Below, piece by piece: positions 29,538-39,359 of a DNA stretch of 64,000 nucleotides (its first letter is position 1; the number at the start of each line of letters is the position of its first letter). Under the pieces are notes generated by a model. That model was not told the origin of the DNA. It ran no database searches and worked only from the letters and a program-made list of their open reading frames with translations. The DNA comes from Oscillospiraceae bacterium. Lineage in GTDB: Bacteria; Bacillota; Clostridia; Oscillospirales; Oscillospiraceae. The DNA lies in assembly GCA_017436035.1 (NCBI GenBank), contig JAFSDV010000005.1, forward strand, positions 1,244-65,243, given 5' to 3'. The translations under genes were made by a program, and so were the position numbers.

Positions 29538-30428
29538 ATGACAGAAAGAACAATATATGCCCTTGGTTTTTTTGACGGCGTTCACATAGGACATGCCGCG
29601 CTGCTGCGCGCCTGCCGCCGGATGGCGGACGAACAGGGCTGTAAAGCAGGTGTTTTGACCTTTACCACCCATCCGGATGCTTTAGTGCTGGGGAAAATGC
29701 CGGCACTGATCAATACTTCAGCAGACCGGAAACGGATGCTGCTGGAGCGGTTTTCTATGGACGTGGTGACGGAGCTGCCCTTTGACCGGGCAATGATGGA
29801 GCTGTCTTGGCAGAATTTTTTCCGGCTGCTGATCACAGAGCATCACACTGCCGGGCTGGTCTGCGGCGCGGACTTTCGCTTTGGCAGCCGGGGCGCAGGC
29901 AATGCCCGGCTGTTGGAGGAAGCCTGTAAAGCGGAGGGTGTTCCCTGCGTTGTTGTGCAGCAGCAGAAAATCGACGGTATTCCTGTTTCCTCTACCTACA
30001 TCCGGAAACTGCTGGAAGAGGGACAGATGGAGCAGGCAGTTCGGTTTTTAGGTCATCCCCATATGCTTACCGGCACAGTGGTTTCCGGGCGGAAGCTGGG
30101 GCGCACTTTGGGTATTCCCACGGCCAATTTGCATCTGCCGCCGGAGGTCGTCTGCCTGCGGCACGGGGTTTATGCCTGTAAGGTCCGGATAGAGGGACGG
30201 CAATACCTTGCGGTGACCAATGTTGGTACTCGCCCCACTGTGGGCGGACACCGCACTACCGTCGAGCCCTGGCTGCTGGATTTTGACGGAGAGCTGTACG
30301 GCAAAGAGCTGACGCTGGAATTTTATGAATTTCTGCGCCCAGAGCAAAAATTTCCGTCTTTAGAGGCGTTAAAGGAAGAAATCAAGAAAAATGCGGTCCA
30401 AGTGCGGAAAATTTTTCAAAATAAATGA
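29538..30428 (+). CDS. ribF: Bifunctional riboflavin kinase / FAD synthetase
   Basis: GFFDGVHIGH, VSSTYIR, LGIPTAN and NVGTRPT. Confidence 0.96.
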   Translation: MTERTIYALGFFDGVHIGHAALLRACRRMADEQGCKAGVLTFTTHPDALVLGKMPALINTSADRKRMLLERFSMDVVTELPFDRAMMELSWQNFFRLLITEHHTAGLVCGADFRFGSRGAGNARLLEEACKAEGVPCVVVQQQKIDGIPVSSTYIRKLLEEGQMEQAVRFLGHPHMLTGTVVSGRKLGRTLGIPTANLHLPPEVVCLRHGVYACKVRIEGRQYLAVTNVGTRPTVGGHRTTVEPWLLDFDGELYGKELTLEFYEFLRPEQKFPSLEALKEEIKKNAVQVRKIFQNK

Positions 30429-30437
30429 AACTTTCCC

Positions 30438-30570
30438 TTTACATTTGGGAAAACTCATGTTAAAATGGTCGGGCTGGCTGTGGCCAGATAACGAAAATGC
30501 CCTCTGCTCAGTTGCGGGAGAACGCGCAAAGCGCATTCCACTAGCCCCAACTTGGCTTTTGGGTAAATTT
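30438..30570 (+). promoter_or_regulatory. rpsO promoter and structured 5' leader (candidate S15 autoregulatory element)
   Basis: TTTACA-17-TAAAAT; ~120-nt leader with agttg/caact and gcgc-aaa-gcgc stems. Confidence 0.5.
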
Positions 30571-30590
30571 ATGTAAAGGTGGAATAAACC

Positions 30591-30857
30591 ATGATTCAGA
30601 AGGAAAAGAAGACCCAGGTCATCCTGGACAATGCGACCCACGAGGGCGATACCGGTTCTCCCGAGGTTCAGATCGCCATCCTGACTGCCCGTATCAACGA
30701 GCTGACCGATCACCTGCGGGTGCACAAGCACGACAATCACTCCCGCCGCGGTCTGCTGATGATGGTCGGTAAGCGCCGTAACCTGCTGGACTATCTGGCA
30801 AAGAAGGACATCAACCGCTACCGTGCAATCATCGCCAAGCTGGGTATCCGTAAGTAA
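30591..30857 (+). CDS. rpsO: 30S ribosomal protein S15
   Basis: [25 protein letters not shown] and VGKRRNLL. Confidence 0.98.
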   Translation: MIQKEKKTQVILDNATHEGDTGSPEVQIAILTARINELTDHLRVHKHDNHSRRGLLMMVGKRRNLLDYLAKKDINRYRAIIAKLGIRK

Positions 30858-30862
30858 GAAAC

Positions 30863-30890
30863 AAAAAGGGCGACACTTGTCGCCCTTTTT
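30863..30890 (+). terminator. rpsO terminator
   Basis: aaaaagggcgaca-ct-tgtcgcccttttt. Confidence 0.85.
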
Positions 30891-30910
30891 CGCCATTCCA
30901 CAAAACAGCA

Positions 30911-30980
30911 TCGGGAGCGTCTTTAGCAGTTGAAAGTGGTGCTGAGCATCGGCATCAGTTTCAAGTGCTAAACCTCCCGA
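30911..30980 (+). promoter_or_regulatory. Long stem-loop in the pnp leader (candidate RNase III site)
   Basis: Nested pairings tcgggag/ctcccga, tttagca/tgctaaa, ttgaaa/tttcaa and tggtgctga/tcggcatca. Confidence 0.6.
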
Positions 30981-31009
30981 ACACCAAATTACACTAAGGA
31001 GGTCATTCA

Positions 31010-33133
31010 ATGATTACGCGTAAACAGTATCCCAACCATCACATTTACGAGATGCAGATCGGCGGCCGTCCCTTTACCGTGGAGACCGGCCTGGTTGCCG
31101 AGCTGGCAAACGCAGAGTGCATCTGCCGCTACGGTGATACCGTGGTTCTGACCACTTGCACCTGCAACCCCATCCCCAAGGCCGGTATCGACTACTTCCC
31201 TCTGACCATCGAGTTTGAAGAGAGAATGTATTCTGTGGGCCGTATTCCCGGCTCTTTCAACCGCCGGGAGGGCAAGCCCTCTGAGCGGGGCATCCTGAAC
31301 AGCCGGATCATCGACCGTCCTATGCGCCCTTTGTTCGACGAGGAGCTGCGTAACGACACGGTTGTGACCTGCACCGTTCTTGCCAACGACCACGAAAACC
31401 CCGTAGAGATCGTGGCATCCTTGGGTGCATCCATCGCCATCGCTTCCTCGGATGTTCCATGGAACGGACCGGTCGCCACCACCAATGTGGCGCACGTTGG
31501 CGACAAGTATATCATCAACCCCTCCGCCGATGAGCGGGAGGCCTGCGACTGCTTCGTGTGCATCTCCTCCACCTTCGAAAAGGTGGTCATGATCGAGACC
31601 GAAGCCAACGAGGCTCCTGAAGCCGTGGTTCTGGAAGCGATCCGCATCGCCCATGAGACCAACATGGAGATCGTCAAGTTTATCAACGGCATCGTTGCTG
31701 AGATTGGCAAGCCCAAGTTCACCTTTGAGAAGGCTGCCGTCAACCATGAGCTGCTGGACGACCTGATCGAATACGGTCTGGGTCAGATCGAGTACGCCCT
31801 GGACACCGACGACAAGAACGTCCGGGAGGAGCGTCTGACTGCTGCCCGTCTGGACTTCCAGGAGAAGTTCGGCGAGAAGTATGAGGATTTCGAGACCCAC
31901 ATTGAGGTCTGCCTGTATAAGATGCAGAAAAAGGTGGTCAAGAAGTGGCTGCTGGCAGGCAAGCGTGTGGACGGCCGCGGTATGGACGATATCCGTCCGC
32001 TGGACGCCCAGGTCGGTCTGCTGCCCAGAGTACACGGCTCCGGTCTGTTCTCCCGCGGTCAGACACAGGTGCTGTCCATCTGCACCCTGAACACCCTGTC
32101 CGCTGCGCAGAAGCTGGACACCATTTACCCCGAGGAGAACAAGCGTTATATCCATCACTATAACTTCCCCGCTTTCTCCACCGGCGAGGCACGGGCTGCC
32201 CGTTCCACCAGCCGTCGTGAGATCGGTCACGGTGCACTGGCAGAAAAGGCTCTGCTGCCTGTGATCCCCAGCGTTGAGGAGTTCCCCTATTCCATCCGTG
32301 TTGTATCCGAGGTTCTGTCCTCCAACGGTTCTACCTCTCAGGGCTCTATCTGCGGTTCGACATTGGCTCTGATGGACGCAGGCGTGCCCATTAAGCGTCC
32401 TGTTGCAGGTATTTCCTGCGGTCTGATCTCCGATCAGGAGACCGGCGAATGGAGAACCTTCACCGATATTCAGGGCGTGGAGGACTTCCACGGCGAGATG
32501 GACTTCAAGGTCGCCGGTACCACCGAGGGTATTACCGCCATTCAGATGGACCTGAAAAACAAGGGTCTGACTATGGAAATCATTGCTGACGCGCTGGAGC
32601 GCTGCCGCAAGGCCCGTCTGGTGATCCTGGACGAGATCATGCTGCCCTGTATCTCCGAGCCCCGGAGCGAGGTTTCTGAGTATGCGCCCAAGATGATCAG
32701 TATGAAGATCCCCGTGGATAAGATCCGCGAGGTCATCGGCTCCGGCGGCAAGACGATTCAGAAGATCTGCGCCGATACCGGTGCGAAGGTGGACATTGAG
32801 GACGACGGCTCTGTCTTCATCTCCGCTGTGGATTCTGCTGCTGCTTATGCAGCTAAGAAGATGGTCGACGACATCTGCTTCGTACCCGAGGTGGGCAAGC
32901 TGTACTACGGCAAGGTCGTCCGCATCCTGCCCATCGGTGCATTTGTAGAGATCGCTCCCGGTCACGACGGAATGGTCCACATCTCCAAGCTGGAAAACCA
33001 TCGGGTAGAAAAGGTTGAAGATGTCCTGAACCTGGGTGATATGACTTGGGTCAAGTTTATGGGCTTCGACGAAAAGGGTCGCGCCAACTTCAGCCGCAAG
33101 GACGCCCTGAAGGAAATGGCAGAAAACAATTAA
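31010..33133 (+). CDS. pnp: Polyribonucleotide nucleotidyltransferase (PNPase)
   Basis: GRIPGSFNRRE, RVHGSGLFSRGQTQ, RREIGHG, SNGSTS and GEMDFKVAG; KH and S1 domains. Confidence 0.98.
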   Translation: MITRKQYPNHHIYEMQIGGRPFTVETGLVAELANAECICRYGDTVVLTTCTCNPIPKAGIDYFPLTIEFEERMYSVGRIPGSFNRREGKPSERGILNSRIIDRPMRPLFDEELRNDTVVTCTVLANDHENPVEIVASLGASIAIASSDVPWNGPVATTNVAHVGDKYIINPSADEREACDCFVCISSTFEKVVMIETEANEAPEAVVLEAIRIAHETNMEIVKFINGIVAEIGKPKFTFEKAAVNHELLDDLIEYGLGQIEYALDTDDKNVREERLTAARLDFQEKFGEKYEDFETHIEVCLYKMQKKVVKKWLLAGKRVDGRGMDDIRPLDAQVGLLPRVHGSGLFSRGQTQVLSICTLNTLSAAQKLDTIYPEENKRYIHHYNFPAFSTGEARAARSTSRREIGHGALAEKALLPVIPSVEEFPYSIRVVSEVLSSNGSTSQGSICGSTLALMDAGVPIKRPVAGISCGLISDQETGEWRTFTDIQGVEDFHGEMDFKVAGTTEGITAIQMDLKNKGLTMEIIADALERCRKARLVILDEIMLPCISEPRSEVSEYAPKMISMKIPVDKIREVIGSGGKTIQKICADTGAKVDIEDDGSVFISAVDSAAAYAAKKMVDDICFVPEVGKLYYGKVVRILPIGAFVEIAPGHDGMVHISKLENHRVEKVEDVLNLGDMTWVKFMGFDEKGRANFSRKDALKEMAENN

Positions 33134-33145
33134 ATTATTGCATAT

Positions 33146-33180
33146 CGAGCGCATTGTCATAAGGCAATGCGCTCGTTTCT
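33146..33180 (+). terminator. pnp terminator (a second palindrome follows at 33192-33227)
   Basis: cgagcgcattgtc-ataa-ggcaatgcgctcg then ttt; ctacgccattcttta/taaagaatggcgtag. Confidence 0.7.
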
Positions 33181-33342
33181 AAAATACGGGGCTACGCCAT
33201 TCTTTACTGCACTAAAGAATGGCGTAGGATATTTATAAAAACAGCCATAAGGATATGCTATCATATCTTCAAGGAGTGGATGTGTGCCGATTTGTGCTGC
33301 CGCTCTCAGCGGATACTTTATTCAATACTGGAGGTAAACAAA

Positions 33343-34416
33343 ATGAAAAAAAGCAGAAAATCATTTGTAGCACTGCTGTTGGTGCTCTGTATGGCTGTGG
33401 CGTTTGTTGTGCCGGCGGCATTTGCAGAAGGAGAACAGCTGGTTTACGATTTTGGCAACTCAGCTGTAGCCGGTGAGTACCGGGGCATTGATGCTTGTCA
33501 GCCGGATGAGCCTATTCTTCTGAAAGGCACCGCAGCAAATGTTACAAACGAGGCCTATTTCCTGAACTGCAACAGCGGCCGTGGATTTAATATTGCAGGT
33601 TCTGTTGCTGCATTCCGTTCCAATGCGTCCAAGTGGTGGTTTGCTGTTGAACTGTGCGACGTAAAGGCCGGTGTATACGACCTGAATATTCTTGTAAAGC
33701 TGAAGGAAGCAAGCAGCAACGGCGGCGGCACTGCAAATGTGTATTTTGTGAAGGATCAGGATTATGAAGCTGCTTTCGCATCCACCAATATGGCAGCTGT
33801 ATTTGCAACAGTTGAAAAGGATGTAAATACCAACGATGTGGCTTTGATTGATGAGTTGGTGAAGAACGAAAAGGTCGTAGCATCCTTCTCTCTTGGACCG
33901 GATGCAACGAAGGCCTCTTGGAAAAAGGAGGGAGTTAGCTTCCCTGCAAATGACGATTATGTAATGATTTTCAGAATTACAGAGAAGGGCGCTATTGATC
34001 TGTCCGGTCTGGAAATGACCCTGAAGGAAGCTATTCAGGTTTCTGCAACAGATGCTGTGATTCAGGCAATCGACGCTATCGGCACTGTAACACTGGACTC
34101 TGAGGCTGCAATCACTGCTGCCCGTACTGCTTATGACGCGCTGTCTGCGGCTGATAAGGCACTGATTACCAACTATAGCAAGCTGACCGATGCTGAGACG
34201 GCATTGGCTGCACTGAAGACTCCTGTTGAGCCCAGTGAGAGTCAGAAGCCTGATGATGATCAGAAGGATGATCAGAAGGATGACCAGAAGGATGATCAGA
34301 AGGATGATCAGAAGGGCGGAGACAACACGCTGTGGATCGTTGTAATCGCAGTTGCTGCGGTTGTTGCAGTGGTAGCGGTTGTGATCGTTGTGAAGAAAAA
34401 GGGAAAGAAGGAATAA
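33343..34416 (+). CDS. Secreted, C-terminally membrane-anchored surface protein of unknown function
   Basis: Signal peptide ending AFA; beta-rich domain; helical module (IDAIGTVTLDSEAAITAARTAYDAL); DDQK linker; TM helix plus KKKGKKE tail; GGAGG RBS. Confidence 0.8.
   Translation: MKKSRKSFVALLLVLCMAVAFVVPAAFAEGEQLVYDFGNSAVAGEYRGIDACQPDEPILLKGTAANVTNEAYFLNCNSGRGFNIAGSVAAFRSNASKWWFAVELCDVKAGVYDLNILVKLKEASSNGGGTANVYFVKDQDYEAAFASTNMAAVFATVEKDVNTNDVALIDELVKNEKVVASFSLGPDATKASWKKEGVSFPANDDYVMIFRITEKGAIDLSGLEMTLKEAIQVSATDAVIQAIDAIGTVTLDSEAAITAARTAYDALSAADKALITNYSKLTDAETALAALKTPVEPSESQKPDDDQKDDQKDDQKDDQKDDQKGGDNTLWIVVIAVAAVVAVVAVVIVVKKKGKKE
34255..34314 (+). repeat. In-frame 12-bp tandem repeat x5 (DDQK)
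   Basis: gatgatcagaag x5 with one variant (gatgaccagaag). Confidence 0.95.
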
Positions 34417-34471
34417 TTCGACCCCGTTAGAATCCTTGTACGGTTTGTACAATAAATCCTAGACAGCTTAG

Positions 34472-34507
34472 ACACAGCAGGGTGATTCACCCTGCTGTGT
34501 TTATTTT
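34472..34507 (+). terminator. Terminator between convergent surface-protein genes
   Basis: acacagcagggtga-t-tcaccctgctgtgt followed by ttatttt. Confidence 0.8.
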
Positions 34508-34524
34508 ACCCTGAATTATTAAAC

Positions 34525-34572
34525 GTAGGGGCGGCCATTGGCCGCCCGCAGACCACATCAGGTCGTCTCTAT
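34525..34572. repeat. GTAG-type REP-like palindrome
   Basis: gtaggggcggcca-t-tggccgcccgc with a degenerate inverted partner ggtcgtctctat. Confidence 0.65.
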
Positions 34573-34607
34573 AAATTCTTTAGATCAGTTTTCAGTGCGT
34601 CCAGCAG

Positions 34608-35837
34608 TTATTGCTGCAGCCGGAATACGGAGATACCGGGGGCATTGACTGCCAGCCGGCTGGCACTGTACAGGATCTGCGCCGCATCGGAACGGGTCAG
34701 TGGGTCACCGGCATCCATGCTGATACCGTTGCTGCAAAGGACGCTCAGCGCGGCAGTTGCCCAGGTGGGAATCCCGTCCTGCTCCAGCTCTGAATAGGTG
34801 GACAGTGCATCTTCTGTGATAGACAGGTCCAGCGCGTTTTGCAGCATCACGGCGGCTTCCGCCCCGGTAATAGGCTCATCGGTATAGAATTTAGCGGTTT
34901 CTGTGGAAGGTAGTCCTGCGGTCAGACCGGAGCGCAGTGCCGCCGCCAGATAAGGCTTCAGCCAATTTGGGGCACTGTTCGAGATCTGCTCGCTGCCGAC
35001 ATCCTGTAAAGGGATGTCCAGCGCCTTGACCATCATGGCAAGAAACTGCCCCCGGGAGACGGTTTTTTCCGGGAAGAAGCAGGACTGGTCGTTGATCCGC
35101 TCTCCTTGGAACAGTCCGGTATTGCGCAGCCATTCCGCTTCAAACCGGCAGGAAAGACCTGCAGTGTCGGTATACTGCTCTGCGGAGGTGGGCTTCAGGA
35201 TCTGAATGGTAACGGTAGCTTCCCGGGAGATGTTTCCTGCAGGATCGGCGGCAGTAAAGACAAAGGAGTCTACACCAACCTTGTTCTTTTTGGGTGTATA
35301 GACAAAGGTGCCGTCCTGATTGATTACCACCTCGCCCCGCTTGGGACTGCGAACCAGCGTGTAGGTCAGCGCTTCGCCTTCCGGATCGGAAACATTCAGC
35401 ATGCCCTCATTGGGTACGTTTTTGTAGGTCTCGATGGCAGAATCCACCGCTACAGGGGATTCATCCTTTTTGCCCCGGATGGACAGGGTCATGGTTGCGG
35501 AACGCTCTACCCGGTCCTGATAGATGGGCAGATAGGTGATCTGCGCCTGCGCATCCTGTTCTGTACGCAGAGGAGAAAAGGTCATTTGCGCCACCTGCTC
35601 TGCGGTCAGGATATCCCCTGCCCGGAGAATACGGGTGCCCAGCAGCACTGTGCCGGTATGGGCATCGGGCAGATCGGTGATGCAGATGCCCAGCAGCGGA
35701 TCTTCAGACTGAGAAAAATCCTGGGAAGTAAAGCAGTAAATCGTGTCGCAATCCACTTCTGCTGCAGTGACGCCGCCGCACAGACCCAGCAGGCAGCAGG
35801 CACAAAGCAGCAAGCAGATAAAACGCGCTCGGAACAT
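34608..35837 (-). CDS. Secreted Ig-like (cadherin-like/Big_9) plus S-layer homology domain protein
   Basis: Signal peptide; SDPEGEALTYTLV..DGTFVYTP..GVDSFVFTAAD Ig-like module; SLH-like FPEKTVSRGQF, ITGAEAA and LTRSDAA. Confidence 0.8.
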   Translation of the reverse strand: MFRARFICLLLCACCLLGLCGGVTAAEVDCDTIYCFTSQDFSQSEDPLLGICITDLPDAHTGTVLLGTRILRAGDILTAEQVAQMTFSPLRTEQDAQAQITYLPIYQDRVERSATMTLSIRGKKDESPVAVDSAIETYKNVPNEGMLNVSDPEGEALTYTLVRSPKRGEVVINQDGTFVYTPKKNKVGVDSFVFTAADPAGNISREATVTIQILKPTSAEQYTDTAGLSCRFEAEWLRNTGLFQGERINDQSCFFPEKTVSRGQFLAMMVKALDIPLQDVGSEQISNSAPNWLKPYLAAALRSGLTAGLPSTETAKFYTDEPITGAEAAVMLQNALDLSITEDALSTYSELEQDGIPTWATAALSVLCSNGISMDAGDPLTRSDAAQILYSASRLAVNAPGISVFRLQQ

Positions 35838-36031
35838 AGTTGTAACCTCCTGTTTTTGTGTTCAGAGGTATTGTTTGCCAACCGGGATAAAAATATGCAG
35901 TTTCAGAAAAAATTCTGGAACCCATAGAAAAACCGTTTTGTATATGTTAAACTAAGTATAGAACATCAAACAAGTGCATAAGCGGAATACTGAAGACAGA
36001 CAAGCAAAGCATCAACCGGGAGGCATGGTCT

Positions 36032-38017
36032 ATGAAAACGAAGCCCACCTTTACAAACGAAGAACTGCGGTATCTGAATCTGCTGGCACAGGAGTATCCT
36101 ACTGTGCAGGCGGCAGGTACAAAAATTATGCAGCTGCGGGCGGTTTTGAATCTGCCCAAGGGCACAGAGCATTTTATTTCCGACATTCACGGAGAGAATG
36201 AGGCGTTTTTGCACATCTTAAATTCCTGCTCCGGAGAGGTGCGGGATAAGCTAGAAGCCTTGTTCGGAGAAAGCCTGTCCTATCAGGAGCAGGATGACCT
36301 GGCAACGCTGATCTACTACCCCGCCGCAAAGCTGGCACTGGTGGCGGATACGGTGGAAAATATGGAGCAATGGTACAGGATCACGCTGTACCGGCTGGTG
36401 GACCTGTGCCGGTTCGTTTCATCCAAGCACACCCGCAATAAGCTCCGGGATTCTATGCCGCCGGATTATGCCCACATCATCGATGAGCTGCTCAGCAGCC
36501 GAACGGATATGGAATTTAAGAAGGAGCACTTTGAAAACCTGATCGACACCATTGTGGAGATCGGTCAGGCGGGCGAGGTGATCGAGGCGATCTGCAAGGT
36601 GATTAAAACCATGGCGGTAGACCATCTGCACATCGTAGGCGATATTTTTGACCGGGGTCCCCGTTCGGATATCGTGATGGACAGCCTGATGTCCAGCCAC
36701 AGCGTGGATATCCAGTGGGGCAACCATGATATTCTCTGGATGGGTGCGGCGTCCGGCTCCCGTACCATGGTGGCTACTGTGCTGTCCAACTCCATTCATT
36801 ATAACAATTTGGACGTGATCGAGACCGGTTACGGCATTTCTCTGCGCCCGCTGAGTATTTTTGCCAACGAGGTCTACAAGGATTCCGATACCCACTGTTT
36901 TCAGGTGAAGCTGATGGGCGATGAGGCGGAGCATTATACAGAAAAGGATAAGCTGCTGTCTGCCAGAATGTATAAGGCGATCACCGTGATCCTGTTTAAG
37001 CTGGAGGGACAGAAGCTTCTGCGCCATCCGGAGTTCAATATGGCAGACCGGCTGCTGCTGGATCGGATTGACTATGAAAACAAGACCGTGACCATTGACG
37101 GAACGGTTTATCCGCTGGAGGACTGTGATTTCCCCACAGTGGACCGGAATGATCCCTATGCCCTGACCGAGGAGGAACGGCTTGTGATCGAGCAGCTGAC
37201 GGATGCCTTCCGTCATTCGGAGAAGCTGCAAAAGCATATCCGCTTCCTGTACGCCAAGGGCGGTCTGTATAAGGTTTATAACGGCAATCTGCTGCTCCAC
37301 GGCTGCATCCCCATGACACCGGAGGGAGAGCTGATGTCCTTTACCATTGGCGGCGTTACCCGCTCCGGCAAGGCATTTTTGGATTTTGCGGAGAAAACAG
37401 CCCGAAAAGCCTACTACGACAAGCGGGGAACGCCGGAGCGGCAGTACGGACTGGACTTTATGTGGTGGCTGTGGGCAGGTCGGAACAGCCCGATCTTCGG
37501 ACGGGACCGGATGACCACCTTTGAGCGGCGGCTGATTCGGGATGAGGCGGCTTGGGCGGAGCCGAAAAATGCCTACTACACCCATTATCAGGAAAAAGCG
37601 GTGTGTGAGATGCTGCTGCGGGAATTTGGACTGGAGGGTGAACACTGCCATATCATCAACGGTCACGTGCCGGTGAAGGTACGCAAGGGCGAAAGCCCGG
37701 TCAAGGGCGGCGGCAAGCTGCTGGTGATCGACGGCGGCTTCAGCAAGGCCTATCAGGCGACCTCCGGCATCGCCGGGTATACCCTGATCTTCAATTCCCG
37801 GTGTATGCGGATCGTATCCCATCAGCCCTTTGCAGGAAAGAAGCAGGCACTGCTGCATAATCGGGATATTGCAAACGAGTCCTTTGTTTTTGAAAAAATG
37901 CAGACCCGAATCAAGGTGGCACAGACCGATCAGGGACGGGAGCTGGAGATCCGGGTCAAGGATCTGATGCGCCTGCTGGAGGCTTACCGCTCCGGTCTGA
38001 TCGCGGAGAAACATTAA
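36032..38017 (+). CDS. fbp: Fructose-1,6-bisphosphatase class III
   Basis: LNLPKGTEHFISDIHGE, GDIFDRGP, QWGNHD, NGHVPV and IDGGFSKAY. Confidence 0.96.
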   Translation: MKTKPTFTNEELRYLNLLAQEYPTVQAAGTKIMQLRAVLNLPKGTEHFISDIHGENEAFLHILNSCSGEVRDKLEALFGESLSYQEQDDLATLIYYPAAKLALVADTVENMEQWYRITLYRLVDLCRFVSSKHTRNKLRDSMPPDYAHIIDELLSSRTDMEFKKEHFENLIDTIVEIGQAGEVIEAICKVIKTMAVDHLHIVGDIFDRGPRSDIVMDSLMSSHSVDIQWGNHDILWMGAASGSRTMVATVLSNSIHYNNLDVIETGYGISLRPLSIFANEVYKDSDTHCFQVKLMGDEAEHYTEKDKLLSARMYKAITVILFKLEGQKLLRHPEFNMADRLLLDRIDYENKTVTIDGTVYPLEDCDFPTVDRNDPYALTEEERLVIEQLTDAFRHSEKLQKHIRFLYAKGGLYKVYNGNLLLHGCIPMTPEGELMSFTIGGVTRSGKAFLDFAEKTARKAYYDKRGTPERQYGLDFMWWLWAGRNSPIFGRDRMTTFERRLIRDEAAWAEPKNAYYTHYQEKAVCEMLLREFGLEGEHCHIINGHVPVKVRKGESPVKGGGKLLVIDGGFSKAYQATSGIAGYTLIFNSRCMRIVSHQPFAGKKQALLHNRDIANESFVFEKMQTRIKVAQTDQGRELEIRVKDLMRLLEAYRSGLIAEKH

Positions 38018-38033
38018 AAAGTATAGAGAGCCT

Positions 38034-38123
38034 GTAGGGGACGGATTTTCCGTCCCCTATAATACTGATGGGATGCAGGGACGGCGATCCGCCGCCCGCG
38101 GGCGACATAATAGTCGTCCCTAC
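38034..38123. repeat. Cluster of GTAG-type REP-like palindromes
   Basis: gtaggggacgga..tccgtccccta; gcagggacggcgatccgccgcccgc; gtcgtccctac; shares ggcgatccgccgcccgc with 19764-19780. Confidence 0.7.
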
Positions 38124-38180
38124 AAGTTGCAATCCGCACACGTTCGTGCTATAATACCCCCACGAAAGCGAGGGTTTTTT

Positions 38181-38609
38181 ATGACCAGGATTCTATTCGT
38201 CTGCCACGGCAACATCTGCCGCAGTCCGATGGCGGAATATGTGATGAAGGATTTGATCAGGAAGGCGGGTCGGTCGGAGGAGTTTTTGATCGATTCTGCT
38301 GCCACCAGCCGGGAGGAGCTTGGAAGCGGGGTATACCCTCCTGCCAAGCGGGAGCTGAACCGGCACGGCATTGCCTGTGACGGGCATCGCGCCCGGCAGA
38401 TTACGGAGGCGGATCTTTGCCGCTATGACCGTATTTACTATATGGATGGCAGAAATGCCAAATATCTTGCCCGGATGTTTCCGGGCGTGGAGGGCTTTAG
38501 ACCCTTTTTAGACAGAGATGTGGCGGACCCGTGGTATTCCGGGGATTTTACCCAGACCTGGGCGGATATCTGCGAAGGCTGTGAACGGATCTTGGAGGAG
38601 CTGACGTAA
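38181..38609 (+). CDS. Low-molecular-weight protein-tyrosine phosphatase
   Basis: P-loop VCHGNICRS and DPWY. Confidence 0.93.
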   Translation: MTRILFVCHGNICRSPMAEYVMKDLIRKAGRSEEFLIDSAATSREELGSGVYPPAKRELNRHGIACDGHRARQITEADLCRYDRIYYMDGRNAKYLARMFPGVEGFRPFLDRDVADPWYSGDFTQTWADICEGCERILEELT

Positions 38610-39148
38610 TGGATATGAACTTGCTGGAGCAGCAGTTGTCCCAGCTGCCGTTGTATGCGTATGGGTTTATTGACCCGAAGGAGCTGGAGTTTTCAGACCG
38701 TATCCGGCATATCTGCCGCACGGAGTGTGCCATGTACGGCAAAACCTGGGCATGCCCGCCGGCGGTGGGGGAAGTGTCCGAATGTGCTGAAAAGTGCTTG
38801 GCATATAAAAGCTGTCTGCTCATTGGAACGATCACAGAGGTGCAGGACATCGGGGACATTTCTCAGACCCTGTCCACCCGGCCTGCCCATGAGGCGGTGA
38901 CTAATCAGGTCCGGGATCTGCTGCGGGAGCAGGGCGTTCAGCCTTATATCCTGTCCACCGAGGCCTGCGATATCTGCGCCCGCTGCGCCTACTTAGACGG
39001 TCTGCCCTGCCGGATGCCCGGAAAGATGCACCCCTGTGTGGAAAGCCACGGAATCAACCTGATCCCGACTCTGGAGCGGATGGGACTGGAATTTTACTAC
39101 GGAAGCAACATTGTCACCTGGTATTCTCTGCTGTTTTTTAATGCATAA
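38609..39148 (+). CDS. DUF2284 predicted metal-binding protein
   Basis: C..YGKTWACPP, C.IC..C and PCVESHGI Cys pattern. Confidence 0.8.
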   Translation: MDMNLLEQQLSQLPLYAYGFIDPKELEFSDRIRHICRTECAMYGKTWACPPAVGEVSECAEKCLAYKSCLLIGTITEVQDIGDISQTLSTRPAHEAVTNQVRDLLREQGVQPYILSTEACDICARCAYLDGLPCRMPGKMHPCVESHGINLIPTLERMGLEFYYGSNIVTWYSLLFFNA

Positions 39149-39359
39149 GGAGCCGCTTCCGGCTGGGACGCACGGACCGGACCGGCAGCCTGATTTTTAC
39201 AATATGCCCTGCGGAAAGGGGTTCTGATCCGCAGGGCTGCTTTTGTTTGGGGCAATCCGGGCTAAACTTCAAACTTTTTCTTAAATTTCTGTAAAGCAGG
39301 GTAGAAGTCAGGACGGCTTTGTGCTATAATGAGCACAAGTATACATATGGAGAGAGATC

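Noticed and set aside
34255-34314. CRISPR array (also considered for the heptamer and REP repeats)
   Set aside because: These are contiguous short tandem units without unique spacers, and no cas genes are present.
39149-39250. ncRNA or riboswitch between DUF2284 and the U32 gene
   Set aside because: Only a probable terminator hairpin (gccctgcgga...tccgcagggc) is evident, with no recognisable aptamer or SRP motif.
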